DNA of 64,000 nucleotides from Chiloscyllium plagiosum (GCF_004010195.1 NC_057719.1:38874887-38938886); one strand, 5' to 3'; positions 1 to 14,414 are shown, numbered from the stretch's first letter. Made by a program: numbers and translations. The notes: generated by a model not told the origin, from the sequence alone.

Positions 1-325
1 AAGATGATTCGGGGTTTAGATAGGGTCGACAGTGAGGATCTTTTTCCACGTATGGAGTCAGCTATTACGAGGGGGCATAGCTTTAAATTAAGGGGTGGTA
101 GGTATAGGGCAGATGTTAGGGGTAGGTTCTTTACTCAGCGAGTCGTGAGTTCATGGAATGCTCTGCCAGTAGCAGTGGTGGACTCTCCCTCATTATGGGC
201 ATTTAAGTGGGCATTGGATAGGCATATGGAGGATAGTGGGCTAGTGTAGGTTAGGTAGGCTTGGATCGGCGCAACATCGAGGGCCGAAGGGCCTGTACTG
301 CGCTGTATTCTTCTATGTTCTATGA
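1..325 (+). mobile_element. CR1-type LINE 3' end
   Basis: ORF 4-249 'TRGHSFKL...FFTQRVVSSWNALP...FKWALDRHM' is the CR1 ORF2 C-terminus, followed by a 3' UTR ending TTCTATGTTCTATG. Confidence 0.92.
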
Positions 326-2238
326 TCACTGTATCTCAAGTAATTCACTGTATGTAAAATACTTCAAGATTTTACATCGAAGTAAAAATTATAACACATA
401 TATGCAAGTCTCTTTTCGGAAGTAAAATTGTTGAGAATTAAACCAGTGTTCATTACAACAGTATCTAGCACACTTTTCCCCATGTATTAACTTCTGAATT
501 TATCAAGCTTTAAGCTGTATAATCCAAATTCATCTGTACGGAATTCGATACCTGCAGTGAATTCACATTTTCCTGACTCCCTGCTGATTGCTTTTTATTC
601 ACTGGTTTGAAACTGTCCTCGTTCCCATGCAGCGTCCTTTACTTTTGCTATCTTTCTTTCTCCTCTGCAGGAACTCTTACCTTTTCAGACCCTATCCTTT
701 GTCGAATAACACCTCAATGCAGACATTTCCCCACCGCTGCTTCCCTTCCTGATTTTCAATAACTCCAACTTGAATAAGAATCATTCATGCTATACTAGGT
801 CAAATGCTGCCTCGATGTCTATAGTAGTCACTCCCACTCCACTTCTTGAAAACTCTTTTATTCATGCTTGGACCAAGGTTGAATTGAGGATAGAAGCCAA
901 GTGGCCTTAGTAGAACCTAAACTGAACAACAATGAGCAAGTAATGCTGTTAATCTCTCAACTATTCTCAACACAAAATCTGGGCAATTTACAAACAAGAC
1001 AGGGAGCTGGTAAATGTGGAAAGGAAAGTTTAACTTTGTTCTTTACATGGTTTTGATATTCTGGAGTGGTTTCAGCTTAGTTTAAAATATTTATTTTGAA
1101 TTAATTAGTCCTACATTAACTAACAACATTTTAAAAATCTTAACCTATTTTTCTAATCAGCCTGTTCAGGGATATTATTACATATTGGGACTTGAACCCA
1201 GGCCTCCTATTCCAAGAGTACAGATACTACCACTGTGACACAACAGCCCTTATCAACAATTTTTAACTAATAGTGTGGCATTGAAATACATTCAGTTTCG
1301 AGTCAGAATTAATTTTGTTATAAGGAAAGAATCACAATGGAACAGTCAGAGAAGTAATTAATTTATTAAAGAAGGGTATATACAAGGGTGTTGCACAATT
1401 TATACATGTGAGGAAATTATATCTATCTATCTGTCATTTATAACTACTGTCTCTTTTTCCCTGCTGATGGTTTTCCAAGATGATCCAGTTTAATTTTGTC
1501 TTTTACTAAGGATAGGCTTTGAAATCATACTAGGCAAACATTGGCCTATGAAAATTTAATGAGTTTTGAATTTTATTTGGTACTTTAGAGACAATTTATC
1601 TATGACTCCCTTAGGAAAGCAATCAAATGAGTAATACCAGAACATGTTAAATAACTCCAAACATTAGTTTTAAAATCTAATTGCTCATGGTCATTTTGAT
1701 CCATGCTCCAAATCAGAAACTTATAGCTGTTTTGCTCTGCAGAAATTTAATAGTATATTCCTATCATTCCCCAAATACATTTTTTATCTCACAATTATCT
1801 GTGCATTCTATACAGACTTAATTTTCTTCCAACAACAGGTGTGTTAAAGCTGGCAAGGAAAACCAATATGAAATGAATATGGAGTTTGCATTTATTCCAA
1901 GTGGAAGTACAATAGTAAAACAAAATATGGAAAAGCATAGAAAGTAGTGTAAAAACTGTAGTCAAGACCACCTGTTATGCAGTTTTCCATGGGATGGATT
2001 CAAAACAAACTTTTTTTTCTGAAATTCTATTCAAACAAAGTTAGTCATGTGAAGGATGGCCAAGAGCAGCACAGCTTGTATTTGTTGCTGAAAAATGATC
2101 AGTGGCAGATCTGGAGGGCTGATAGCTACTAGGAGTTCAGATCAAACTTCTGCCAGATGTATTGATTTAAATTCCGCAAACAACGTTAAACCACATCTAC
2201 TGGCATTCCTAACATGACTTCCACTGATAGCTATGACC

Positions 2239-3165
2239 TGTTATGATCCTGTGGAGATCAATAACTTTAAAAATAAAAATAAATCAAGTTTCCAGTTAAT
2301 AGCTGCAACAATGACAGGTCAAAATTTCACTTTTATAATATTTACTATAATGATGAAAAACAATATTAACTAAACATATTTATTGAATATAAACTATACT
2401 TTAAACAACAGAATGGAATACCACACTTCTTATTCCTAGTCCAACAAAAAAAAACACACTACACGTGCATTCTTTACAGTTCTGTAATGGGTACATTCAA
2501 TTTTTCCAGAACCAGTGCAAAGTGATTCTTATCATCAGAAGTTTCATTTCTGTTCTTTTCTTTCCTCAGCCTGAGAACTTGCAATCTTCTTAGAACTATC
2601 TTTCACAGTGAAGTTTTCTTTCCTTGCAAATTCTCCCTCTCACCACACAATTGGTCTTTTCAATCTAACTGTGAGCTTCCCGCTGCATGCCTGTACATTA
2701 AAGATTTTTTGGCCTCTGGGTGCCCGTCCATCTCCCTGATTTAGTCAGTTTCAGAAATTCTGTCTCTGATATTCAGTGATTTTCTGAGAAAACCTTTTAA
2801 GCTGATCTTTTATAATAGTTCCCCCCGCAACTTTCCTAATAGCAAGATGGATCATATTGACCTTGTATCTAGGCAGATTCACTAATTAGTTATGCTCAAT
2901 AGTCTGAATCACTTCAATTTTAAAACTAAATTGACAATTTAATACATAACTGTAGCAACCCATTCCCATTCTAGGAGATTACTTGGAGACAGCTTAACAT
3001 ATAGGCTTCCATCATTGTCTCGAAGTGTTGAACGTTTTCTCATTAAACCAACTTAAGCTTTTTTTTTCTAGTAATTAAATCACTTGTTACTGAGAGGTAG
3101 ACGTCAGGGTAGGTCACATGACTTAATCATTTTACCTTAAATTTAATGGTAGAACAATCATAAAA
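2239..3165. mobile_element. Possible solo LTR
   Basis: Begins TGTTATGAT and ends ATCATAAAA (inverted termini, 1 mismatch). No TSD visible. Confidence 0.25.
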
Positions 3166-4764
3166 CTCAATTGTAAGACTTGATTCCCAGCATCAAGACT
3201 TTATATTTATGAAGCACTGCTAGCAAAGCCTGTCCCAGACTGCATCAGAGAGAGGTGCAAGATTTAATTCAGAATAATGAGGTTTGAAGAAAATCTTTGA
3301 AGGAATAGATTTCAATAATTATTTTTATGAAGAGACAAAGGTGATAAGGTAAAGGATTTTAGTGAAGGAATTCTTATGAGTAAGACTGAGTCTTCTGAAT
3401 GCCATGTCATTAATCATGAGGTGCAAGGAAAATAACATGTTCAAAAAGCCATAGCCAAAGGAATGGAGTGCTCAGGCAGGGAAGCATTAAGCTAAGAGAG
3501 AATTACTGTGTTACTTACTTTGAAGACCTTCTGCAAAGTTGTGTGAACATGGCATATTTTTCCACAAGGAGTGGTTGAGGCACAGAACAATGCTTTTTTT
3601 CAAGGAAACATTGTTGTGTATTTGAAGTAGTAAAATATAGAGGCTTATGAAGAGAACACAGAGTTGCTTAAAATTGCCCTCATAACAGCCAGAGGACAAA
3701 AAGCTTCCTTGTGTATATTTCTGTCATTTTAATACTGATCACATTTCACATGTATTGCATTAGCTATGACACATTTGTGATGTCCTGAGATTGTTAAAGG
3801 TGCTGTATAAATGTAAGTCTTACTTATCTTTTAAGTATCTCCAGCCAATTGAATAAGACAAAATTGAGGAAAGACTTCAAGAAATTTAGAGTTAAAATTC
3901 AGTACATCTGCGGTTTGAGAGTCTAAGTAAGCGAGCGAGGACATCAGTGATTACAACCTAGGTCAGACTCTGGCTGAAAGCCCAGTAATAATTAATTCAC
4001 TATCGAAATTCATTCACGGTGTATTTTTAGAAATGAAGTAGGTGAGTCAAGGGATGGGGGATGAAGCTTGGGGCCAGTTTAGGAGAGGGAGTGAGAGTTA
4101 GAAGTGTGATGATTTCGCAATCAGTGTTAATAATAGAACATCAATGTAGCAGACATACTTTACCTTCACGAATATAACATTTTTCTTTCTGGAACCTTGC
4201 TTGATTCTTTCAGTCTATACGTTCAACTTAATTACTGGATCTTAATTAATTTGCTCAGATTAAAACATTGACATAAAAGAACATAAGTAATTGCTGGAGG
4301 TAAAAAATAATAGATTATTAGCAAATATGATCTGTTTCATTTCTAATGTGTTGCTGATATTTTTTAATTATGCATATATTTAAATTGTCACTTTAAGAAA
4401 TAAAAGCAAACTTATTTAACATAATGCTTGAATTTTTTTTTAAGGAGACCTCATAAGTTTGCTCCACCTGCATGGAAGATCACTTTTCAGCAATGGGAGT
4501 TAATTCAGTCATTTTCCAATTTAAATCATGTCTCCATGGTACCATCAACTAGAAACTCATAGGCCTGATAGTAAAATTAGACAAATTGAGCCTTTTGTCC
4601 ATTTGTGAACGATTCAATTTTGTGCTCTCCACAGTTGTGTCAACAAAATATTTCTTATTTACATTAATTTAATGGCCTTGGTTGAAAGGGTGAATGTACC
4701 ATCACTTTCAAGTGCATTCTGACCAGTAGAGCTTCAGTTGTATTTGGTAACTTGATTCCTGTTC

Positions 4765-5885
4765 CAGAGTGGCGAATGTTGTGCCCCTGTTCAAAAAAGG
4801 GAATAGGGATAACCCCGGGAATTACAAGCCAGTTAGTCTTACTTCGGTGGTAGGCAAAGTAATGGAAAGGGGACTGAGGGATAGGATTTATGAGTATCTG
4901 GAAAGACACTGCTTGATTAGGGAAAGCCAGCATGGATTTGTGAGGAGTAGGTCTTGCCTTACAAGTCTTATTGAATTATTTGAGGAGGTGACCAAGCATG
5001 TGGATGAAGGTAGAGCAGTGGATGTAGTNNNNNNNNNNNNNNNNNNNNNNNNNNNNNNNNNNNNNNNNNNNNNNNNNNNNNNNNNNNNNNNNNNNNNNNN
5101 NNNNNNNNNNNNNNNNNNNNNNNNNNNNNNNNNNNNNNNNNNNNNNNNNNNNNNNNNNNNNNNNNNNNNNNNNNNNNNNNNNNNNNNNNNNNNNNNNNNN
5201 NNNNNNNNNNNNNNNNNNNNNNNNNNNNNNNNNNNNNNNNNNNNNNNNNNNNNNNNNNNNNNNNNNNNNNNNNNNNNNNNNNNNNNNNNNNNNNNNNNNN
5301 NNNNNNNNNNNNNNNNNNNNNNNNNNNNNNNNNNNNNNNNNNNNNNNNNNNNNNNNNNNNNNNNNNNNNNNNNNNNNNNNNNNNNNNNNNNNNNNNNNNN
5401 NNNNNNNNGGTGACTTGATAGAGGTGTACAAGATGATGAGAGGCATAGATAGAGTGGATGGCCAAACACTTTTTCCCAGGATGTTGCCTGGAATGGAGAA
5501 TAGGTCGTACGAGGATAGGTTGAGAGTGCTAGGCCTTTTCTCATTGGAACGGTGAAGGATGAGGGGTGACTTGATAGACGTTTATAAGATGATCAGAGGA
5601 ATAGATAGAGTAGACAGTCAGAAACTTTTTCCCTGGGTGCAACAGAGTGTTACAAGGGGACATAAATTTAAGGTGAAGGGTGGAAGGTATAGGGGAGATG
5701 TCAGGGGTGGGTTCTTTACCCAGAGAGTGGTGGGAGCATGGAATGCGCTGCCTGTGGGAATGGTAGAGTCAGAATCTTTGGTGTCCTTTAAGCGGCAATT
5801 GGATAGGTACATGGATGGGTGCTATGTTCGGCACAACATCGTGGGCCGAAGGGCCTGTTCTGTGCTGTATTGTTCTATATTCTAA
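4765..5885 (+). mobile_element. CR1-type LINE ORF2 fragments spanning an N gap
   Basis: 'ANVVPLFKKGNRDNPGNYKPVSLTSVVGKVME...QHGF...SCLT' lies before the gap; ORF2 C-terminus and 3' UTR follow it. Confidence 0.92.
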
Positions 5886-7984
5886 CCTTTTGAATCTACA
5901 GATGGTGAGGGAGAAAATCGGAGGACCTTCAAGCCTCTGCCAGTAATAAACTATTGACACGAAGGCTCATTGTGGACATTTCCGCCCTACTTCCACATGA
6001 GCACTTAAAGGCCATTTCCAACCCTAGCTGCAGATGTTCATTCCTGGAGGTCTTGGGATCATGTATCCAGCATGACTGGCTAAACAGTGTGTGCTGCACT
6101 TCAGTGGAAATACAGACTCAATCTGCACTACTATACAGTTGACAGCATTGACATGGTTCAGAGACATGGTTGCTGATAGTCACCCTTCTGCCTCGCTTCT
6201 GACTTCCATGGCACCACTCTCCCCACAACACCCACCTCATCAGAAAACCAACACCCCTGTCAACAAAACTTACCCTTTCCTTGTGTCACTCCTCAATCCT
6301 GAGACTCTAGGAATTGCTGTTCCAGCAAGGGCACCAACCTTCCCTGTGGCAGTGCTGAGAGTTGGAGCTGCCAGATTCTATTGGCCAACAGCCAAGGTAG
6401 GCAGGACCCAGGGTCCTCATTCATGAGGAACAGTCTGCTGCTGTCTTCTGAGGTGAAGATGATTTGCTAGGCATTCCTTCAGAGGGTCAATGGGAGTGTC
6501 TCATTGCATTTTGAGGCAATGCATGAAACACCTACCAAACACAGAAGATTCAATCCTCAAAATTCACAGCAAAATCAAATAAAATTGTTATGTTGATCAG
6601 TAGCTCGAAAATTCTTACCAATAAAGGAAAATTTGCTGAACAGGTTTGAACATTAGCAGACTGATGACTCAAGTGATGCTACCAATTAGATCACATTATC
6701 AAGGATTTGGTGACATTATACACCCTGTCACTGAACTGAATGAATTCATAAAATTACATTATGCAAATATAACTAATCATTTACTCTTCCATCTACTGCT
6801 TGCCCTCCTGCACAATCTAAAATATTCAGTGATGAGACTCCCAACAAATGTGTTTGTCAGTTCTGATTTAATACTGTAGTCGACAGAGACATAGCTTCAA
6901 CAGCTGTGGCTGGTATTTCTTTTGCCAGATGTCACAATGGATTAAATTGGTTTAATTTGCTTTTTTCTAGAGAAGCACTTAACTGTGATATTAATGCAAT
7001 TCAGAAGTGCATTCATGTGTCTGTATGTTGCTGGAAATCTAACATGCTAAAAATACGTAGGGCATGGGAAATTGCACTTGCAATTTTCCCAACTCACGCA
7101 GGCAGGGCTCAGTGAAGGGAGTATAAATTCAGAAAACAGATCCCTTAGAGCGATGAGATTCTACTGAGGGAGAGCCATCTGCGTGATCACTTCATTTTAC
7201 ATGTATTCTTTTCTTATGAGCAGCTTCAAGGTTATTAAAAAACCTTGAAACAATGCATGTTTTATTTATCTCCAGTTGGAGGCTGGATTAGCAAATGACC
7301 TTTATCTACTTGAGAGAACATGCATCTAAATGTATTTAAATATATTGTACAGATGAGGCACACCTACTGCTCGAGCTTGCAATTCCTGAAAGTGATATAA
7401 TAATTATTGCATTTTTAAAAAAATTCTTTCATCAGATGTGAGCTCGCAGGCAAGGGAACTAATTATTACCAACTCCCAGTTGCTCTGAGAAGTTGGTGGT
7501 GAGCTACCTACTTGAACAGCTGCAGTCCATGTCGTGTAGGTTCACCTACAATGTTATAATTGTATGACACTGCTGCAAGGAGTGAATTTATAAAGTGTTG
7601 GGCAAGTGCTGATCCTACAGCCTTATAAAAGTGTCAAACAGTACTGTACATAGTTTGGATAATAGAAAATTTACCCATTTCGTATTTCTTCAGTTGATTC
7701 AAGTAAATATATATTGTAAAACAAGTTAAAACTAAATTTTTATAATCTCAAATCTAAAGATTTCAGTAAGTCAATCATAACATACTACTTCAGCTTGTGC
7801 AAAAAGAGAGCTGTTGAGCTGATCACGAGTGTGTCTTGGAGCTCAGACAGACATTCATATATGAGATTAAGATGACCAGATATTTGTTTCTTCAGAGAGC
7901 CAGATTATGAATACTAGGCTGAGCTCTAAGACTCACTAATGAAAAAAAATCTGTTACTTAAGCTTTGAATAGCAGTGTCCACAC

Positions 7985-8110
7985 AGAAAAAATGCTGTGG
8001 ATGCTGGAAATGTGAACCAGGAAAACAAAACTATGAAAAAAACTCAGCAGGTCAGACAACATCTGTGAAAAGAAACAAAATTAATGTTCCCGTTGTTGAC
8101 CTCTCCTTAA
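7985..8110 (-). repeat. Degraded PLE-tail repeat (Neptune-type 3' end family)
   Basis: GATGCTGGAAAT...AACTCAGCAGGTCAGACAACATCTG resembles the copies at 24.1, 31.3 and 63.9 kb. Confidence 0.55.
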
Positions 8111-8574
8111 CAGCTGCATTTTTGTTTTATTTGCAATGACTCACAGATATTTCATAGAATTCTAAAAATAACTATTTTTTTAAAAATAGTTGAACTCTGT
8201 GCAAATGTTTTTTTCATGAACATGTAAAGACTTAGCATTACTATTATGTAGCTTATTGGTTATTTGCATAATGCACACTGGATGAGTCAGCATGGAACAT
8301 GAGCATGCATTGGAGATGTGAATGAGCAGAAAGGAGGCATGGGAGAGTAAGAAGTGGGAGAGTAAAAACTGGCTGGACTCCACAAAAATTGTTGATGGAG
8401 TAAGGGATGGAGTGTAAGGTTGAAATGGCTATGCCCACAATAGAATTGGCCAGATCAGAAATGCAGGGTGTAGGCTCAATATTGTCACCCTTATTCAGCA
8501 TTGGAGAAATTGCCTGCATCAGAAATGGGGACAGGAACTCCGGAATTAGATCTTTTTCATTTTTATTGACCGAC

Positions 8575-10520
8575 TGGCATTTTTAATAAGGGATAACATT
8601 ACAGCTGTGCTGAGGGAGGATATTCCCAGAAATATATTGAGGCAAGTTATTTGGGTGGAACGGAGAAATAAGAAAAGGACGATCACCTTATTGGGATTGT
8701 ATTATAGACCCCCCAATAGTCAGAGGGAAATTTGAGAAACAAACTTGTAAGGAGATCTCAGCTATCTGTAAGAATAATAGGGTAGTTATGGGAGGGGATT
8801 TTAACTTTCTAAACATCGACTGGGACTGCCATAGTGTTAAAGGTTTAGTTGGAGAGGAATTTCTTAAGTGTGTACACTACAATTTTCTGATTCAGTATGT
8901 GGATGTACCTACTAGAGAAGGTGCAAAACCTGACCTACTCTTGGGAAATAACGCAGGGCAGGTGACTGAGATGTCAGTGGGGGAGCACTTTGGGGCCAGC
9001 GACCATATTTTTATTAGATTTAAAATAGTGATGGAAAAGGATAGACCAGATCTAAAAGTTGAAGTTCTAAATTGGAGAAAGGCCAATTTTGATGGTATTA
9101 GGCAAGAACTTTCGAAAGCTGATTGGAGGCAGATGTTTGCAGGTAAAGGGACAGCTGGAAAATGGGAAGCCTTCAGAAATGAGATAACGAGNNNNNNNNN
9201 NNNNNNNNNNNNNNNNNNNNNNNNNNNNNNNNNNNNNNNNNNNNNNNNNNNNNNNNNNNNNNNNNNNNNNNNNNNNNNNNNNNNNNNNNNNNNNNNNNNN
9301 NNNNNNNNNNNNNNNNNNNNNNNNNNNNNNNNNNNNNNNNNNNNNNNNNNNNNNNNNNNNNNNNNNNNNNNNNNNNNNNNNNNNNNNNNNNNNNNNNNNN
9401 NNNNNNNNNNNNNNNNNNNNNNNNNNNNNNNNNNNNNNNNNNNNNNNNNNNNNNNNNNNNNNNNNNNNNNNNNNNNNNNNNNNNNNNNNNNNNNNNNNNN
9501 NNNNNNNNNNNNNNNNNNNNNNNNNNNNNNNNNNNNNNNNNNNNNNNNNNNNNNNNNNNNNNNNNNNNNNNNNNNNNNNNNNNNNNNNNNNNNNNNNNNN
9601 NNNNNNNNNNNNNNNNNNNNNNNNNNNNNNNNNNNNNNNNNNNNNNNNNNNNNNNNNNNNNNNNNNNNNNNNNNNNNNNNNNNNNNNNNNNNNNNNNNNN
9701 NNNNNNNNNNNNNNNNNNNNNNNNNNNNNNNNNNNNNNNNNNNNNNNNNNNNNNNNNNNNNNNNNNNNNNNNNNNNNNNNNNNNNNNNNNNNNNNNNNNN
9801 NNNNNNNNNNNNNNNNNNNNNNNNNNNNNNNNNNNNNNNNNNNNNNNNNNNNNNNNNNNNNNNNNNNNNNNNNNNNNNNNNNNNNNNNNNNNNNNNNNNN
9901 NNNNNNNNNNNNNNNNNNNNNNNNNNNNNNNNNNNNNNNNNNNNNNNNNNNNNNNNNNNNNNNNNNNNNNNNNNNNNNNNNNNNNNNNNNNNNNNNNNNN
10001 NNNNNNNNNNNNNNNNNNNNNNNNNNNNNNNAAGAGGGTTACCTCAGATTACAACAGGATCTGGACCAGATGGGCCAATGAGCTGAGAAGTGGCAGATGG
10101 AGTTTAATTCAGATAAATGCAAGGTGCTGCTTTTTGGGAAAGCAAATCTTAGCAGGACTTATACACTTAAATGGTAAAGTCCTAGGGAGTGTTGTTGAAC
10201 AAAGACCTTGGAGTGCAGGTTCATAGCTCCTTGAAAGTGGAGTCGCAGGTAGATAGGATAGTGAAGAAAGTGTTTGGTATGCTTTCTTTTATTGGTCAGA
10301 GTATTGAGTACAGAAGTTGGGATGTCATGTTGCGGCTGTACAGGACATTGGTTAGGCCACTGTTGGAATATTGCGTGCAATTCTGGTCTCCTTCCTATCG
10401 TAAGGATGTTGTGAAACTTGCAAGGGTTCAGAAAAGATTTACAAGGATGTTGCCATGATTGGAGGAACTGAGCTACAGGGAGAGGCTGAACAGGCTGGGA
10501 CTGTTTTCCTTGGAGCGTCG
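8575..10520 (+). mobile_element. CR1-type LINE (endonuclease and RT portions, N gap between)
   Basis: APE motifs 'YYRPPNS', 'MGGDFNF', 'GASDH' and RT C-terminal 'LVRPLLEYCVQFWSP'. Nearly the same sequence as the 49.6-52.2 kb copy. Confidence 0.93.
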
Positions 10521-10575
10521 GTGGAGCGTACAGGATTAGATTGACAGTCAGTTTTGACCCAGTTTAACAAGTTGT

Positions 10576-11224
10576 TGTTAAAATGTATAAGTAAGCCAGT
10601 ATGTGACAATAGGATATGAGGGGAGTTTATAGTAAATCATTTTAAAGTATAACAGTTTGATAAGGGAGTAGAACAGTTAGACTATATGGCTAGCCTATGT
10701 GTAGCTACAAGCATACACAACTGATAACAAATAGAAGCAAACAATGGGCATATTGACTGAGTAAATTTCATGCCTGGTATTAAAAATCATGGAATTAGTT
10801 AGACGGTAAAATTCTTAGTGCGCTGAAATGACATGGTGAAAATAAGCCTCTCTCCAAGGGTTGAACTTACTATTAAACACCTTGTATTAAAGGGTAACCT
10901 TCACAGGACAAAAAGACCTTGTCAATAATGAACCCTAAGTCCATGCCTGAAAATGGGTATATTGAGAAAGATTTGTAAGGTCCTATATTGTTATAGGTGA
11001 TGAGAGAAACTTGAAGGTGGTTCCTTCCTGACTTTAGACTAACTTCCTTACATAGTTCAGGCAGACTTTGATAAGAAGCATGACTCTAAGAAGAAGAAAA
11101 AAAAAGAAACAGCTCATGCATACCAGCTATCATGTCCAATTAGGTCCAGATAGTCACTATTTGTCATCGTGTATTTTCTGTAGATTGTTTGTGTTCTATA
11201 TCACCTATCCAATTAATTTCAACA
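10576..11224. mobile_element. Possible solo LTR
   Basis: TGTTAAAAT...ATTTCAACA inverted termini around about 650 bp of non-coding sequence. No TSD seen. Confidence 0.3.
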
Positions 11225-11569
11225 TATACAAAATACTAGTTGCAGTCAATTCTGCTTAAATTGAATCTGTTCAAATCCAGTGTAAATAAGGAACATTCAC
11301 AAGGTCAAGAATTCACAAGGCTGTAATTCCCAAGGTCACTGCACATTACTCATTTTTTTGCAACAACATCGTGTAGCAGTCTGCATTATAGAATTGCTTT
11401 TAAATTGACTCCTGAGGGTGGAGTTTCTACTGCTAGCTCCTGATGTTTTCGCCTTCCAAATAGTAATGACTGCAAAATAAACTTACCTTGTTCAGCCAAT
11501 TTTAGGTGCCAGAGAACTTATTTTAAAAAATGATTTTCTAGCAGTCAGCTACACAATATCTTGTGGAGA

Positions 11570-11860
11570 CTGTGGTAAAGTGGCAATATCTTTGGACAAG
11601 TAATCCAGAGCTGCCCCTACCCCTCATCCTGGCTAACAATTTGGGGGCACGGGATCAAATCCCACCGCAGTAGATGTTCAATTTCAGTTTAATAAAATTT
11701 TTAACTAAGAAATAAATGTAATGGTGGCCACACATTCTGATTCACTAATATCCTTCAGGGAAGGAAATCTCTCATCCATATGTCCTTCACATGACTCCAG
11801 AACCACAGTGTTGTTGTTGTCTCTTAGCTGGCCAATGAAATGCCCTACCAAACAACTCTA
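11570..11860 (+). mobile_element. Degraded DeuSINE/SacSINE1-like SINE
   Basis: TTCACTAATATCCTTCAGGGAAGGAAATCT...GACTCCAGA core is shared with the copy at 61.85-62.18 kb. Confidence 0.6.
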
Positions 11861-12133
11861 TTACATCAAAATTGATTCATGGTCAGTTTGGATTAAAATG
11901 CAATAGTGCACAAATGTGTTTCCAGGCATGGAGTCATACAACCTCAGCCATGAGGCAGGAACTGGGTGAATCCATCTTGCAGCTGGTTTCAAGAGTAACA
12001 GTACAGGCCAGACAGTTGTCTTGTGAGCTCATATCATAGTGTGAAGCTGATGTTGAATGTTGAGAGGTGTGAAAGCTAAAACCAGAAAAGGAATAAAGAA
12101 GTAGACCCCAGCTGAAGCATTAGGTATGAAACA

Positions 12134-13570
12134 ATGGCTGCAATGTTTCTTCTCCCATGCTAGTCAAAATTAAAATGATATGAAGCAGGACTATCTATTT
12201 TTACGTGCAATGGCAAAGTTTTGAAATTGCAATTGATCTCCTTAACAAGACAGAGTTGATAAGAGTAATGACAGTCTTATCATTGTTGGAGAGGGACTGT
12301 TTCAAAGTATACCCCACTCTAAATCTCACAGAAGAATGGAAACAGAACAAATGGTAGATCTTTTGAAAGCCTTGAAAGTATGCTTTGAACTCCAACTGAA
12401 CATAAATTATGAATGGTACATGGTCAATATTAGGGCCCAAGTCAAAAAACAGCCCATGGATCAATGAGTGATAAATTTTAAACCATTCATAAATTCCTGT
12501 CAATTTTCACAAGTAAAAGAATGATCTAACTAAAGCCAGAATTGTATTATGCATGAGTTCTTGCAGTGAGAGCAAGTCTACTGAGAGAGGGGAAACAGAA
12601 TCTCAGGAAAGAAGTTGATATGCAAAAGTGCTGAGGTGGTAAATCAGAAACTAGAGAAGATTCATGGAAGAACAAACCAGGCATTTGCATTTAAACTAAT
12701 AAAATTTCTCGGCCCAAAATGCAGAGTGATCAAGGATAAAGGATAGGAAGAAATACTGAAGAGGCACCACACAAAGTTATAGAAAGCATTTTCAATGTGG
12801 GAAAAGCAAAGTTCTCAATGTCAGCAGAATTATTTTTCTCACAAGTCTACAGTGATAAGGAAGCACAACAAGCCAATAGTGATGGCCACTGAGACATACC
12901 AACAACAGATTCTGATGAATTGCACGACATCATACAAAATGTTAGTTCAGTCAAGTTTATGGGTGGCAAATAGTTTGTGACTGTTTCAAAGATGAACACT
13001 GAAAGAGGACATCAAGTCAAATAAAAAGTGATAGATAGACACCAAAGCATCATGATCTTCATAGATTATGCAAAACAACTCAACATAACAGACCAAAAAT
13101 TAAGCTCTCATAAGTAAGATTGTGGCTATACAATGGCACTGTACTCATGCACATGGGTTGAATTATTCTGAGAGCCTAATGTAATAGCATGTATAAAGTT
13201 CTGGAGTTCAAGATCATACATAGCATGCAAAAGTTTTATATTTCAACCAAAGCAGGTCTAAAGGTTGAAATTGGAACACTCAACATACCAGAAAGGAATT
13301 GCAGTATTTTGCAGCAAATTAAATCTTTGACTGGAGAACAGATCCTAGAGTGAAAAAAAAATGTGCTTACTGGTTTAGGATCCCTTGTAAAGAAAAAAAA
13401 AATATTTTGGAAGGCGTGACCACCACATAGTCATTATAGAGACAATGGCCCATTTTCATATTGTGGATACCCTCCAATGTGTTGTGTTGTGTAGTACTAT
13501 CACCATACTGAATGGGTCAGACTTCTAACAAACCTAGCAACTCAACACTCAGGATCCATGAGGCTTTTGG
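12134..13570 (+). pseudogene. Degenerate Ty3/Gypsy gag-protease region
   Basis: Hand translation across stops and frameshifts gives 'WQSFEIAIDLLNKTELIRVMTVLSLL', 'LLKALKVCFELQLNINYEWYMVN', 'ARIVL..VRASLLRE', 'VRLWLYNGTVL', matching the vertebrate Gypsy gag/protease pattern. Confidence 0.65.
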
Positions 13571-13799
13571 ACTATCAGCAGCAGCAGAATGATGTGTAAC
13601 CAGAATCTGTAACCTTATGGTGTGGCCCACCATTATCATCAAACCAGGAAATCAAGATTGGTTCAATGGAGAATGCAGTATGTAGAACTAAGGGTCTTTG
13701 GTACTAGCCTCTTCCTGACAGAGATTTACTGGATGCTGCTAGTGGCTGCATAAAGAAGAGAGGGAATTAATTGTCTAAGAGCAATACAGGATGTTATTA

Positions 13800-14410
13800 G
13801 GAGAGGTAACACAGCATAGCACAACAAAGTTTACTGGGGTCGTTGGCCATTGAGGTCACCCCATTCCCAGATAACGAGCTGTACAATTCCCCAGCCAGAT
13901 GAAGGATTTTCTCATCAGACAAAGTGAAAAGCCTGATCTCTATCATCACGTGAGCCATTGTGGTGGTCTTGGCACAGTTTGAGCCAATTTTTCCTGCCAA
14001 TGAGACAAAGGGAGAGATTGAATGAATATGGTGGAAGTAAATGGAAGAGCAATTGGTGGTGATGATACAGCAGCAGAAAAGGTGGTGACATGTCCTCACT
14101 AAGGAACGGGAATTGTAGACGGCAGGAAGAGTTAGTAGTATAGAAGATAAGGTGGGTGTTCAGAGGAATTAAATGGATATACTCAATGCTCTAGTGAGAG
14201 CTGTAGATTGTGAATCTTGGTAAGAGATATGTATAGTGGCAGAATTAGAATGAACAGTGGTTCTGTGATCGTGAAGATGGTGACACTTACCCTTGAGGAG
14301 TGCAGAAGATCATTGATCTTCTTTCTTTGTGGTAATATATTGTGCTCATTGGCCCTCCAAGGGAAAGGAAGCTTGCAATGTGGTCCCCAAACATTAAGGT
14401 TGGATAACCC
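13800..14410 (-). pseudogene. PIF/Harbinger-like Myb/SANT gene remnant (two exons)
   Basis: Minus strand 'RKKINDLLHSSR' followed by GTAAGT, then after an acceptor-like TTGGCAG 'IEIRLFTLSDEKILHLAG'. Homologous to 23510-23965. Confidence 0.5.
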
Positions 14411-14414
14411 CGAC

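Noticed and set aside
6091..6426. 111-aa ORF in a GC-richer patch
   Set aside because: No recognisable domain; probably an old repeat that I could not classify.
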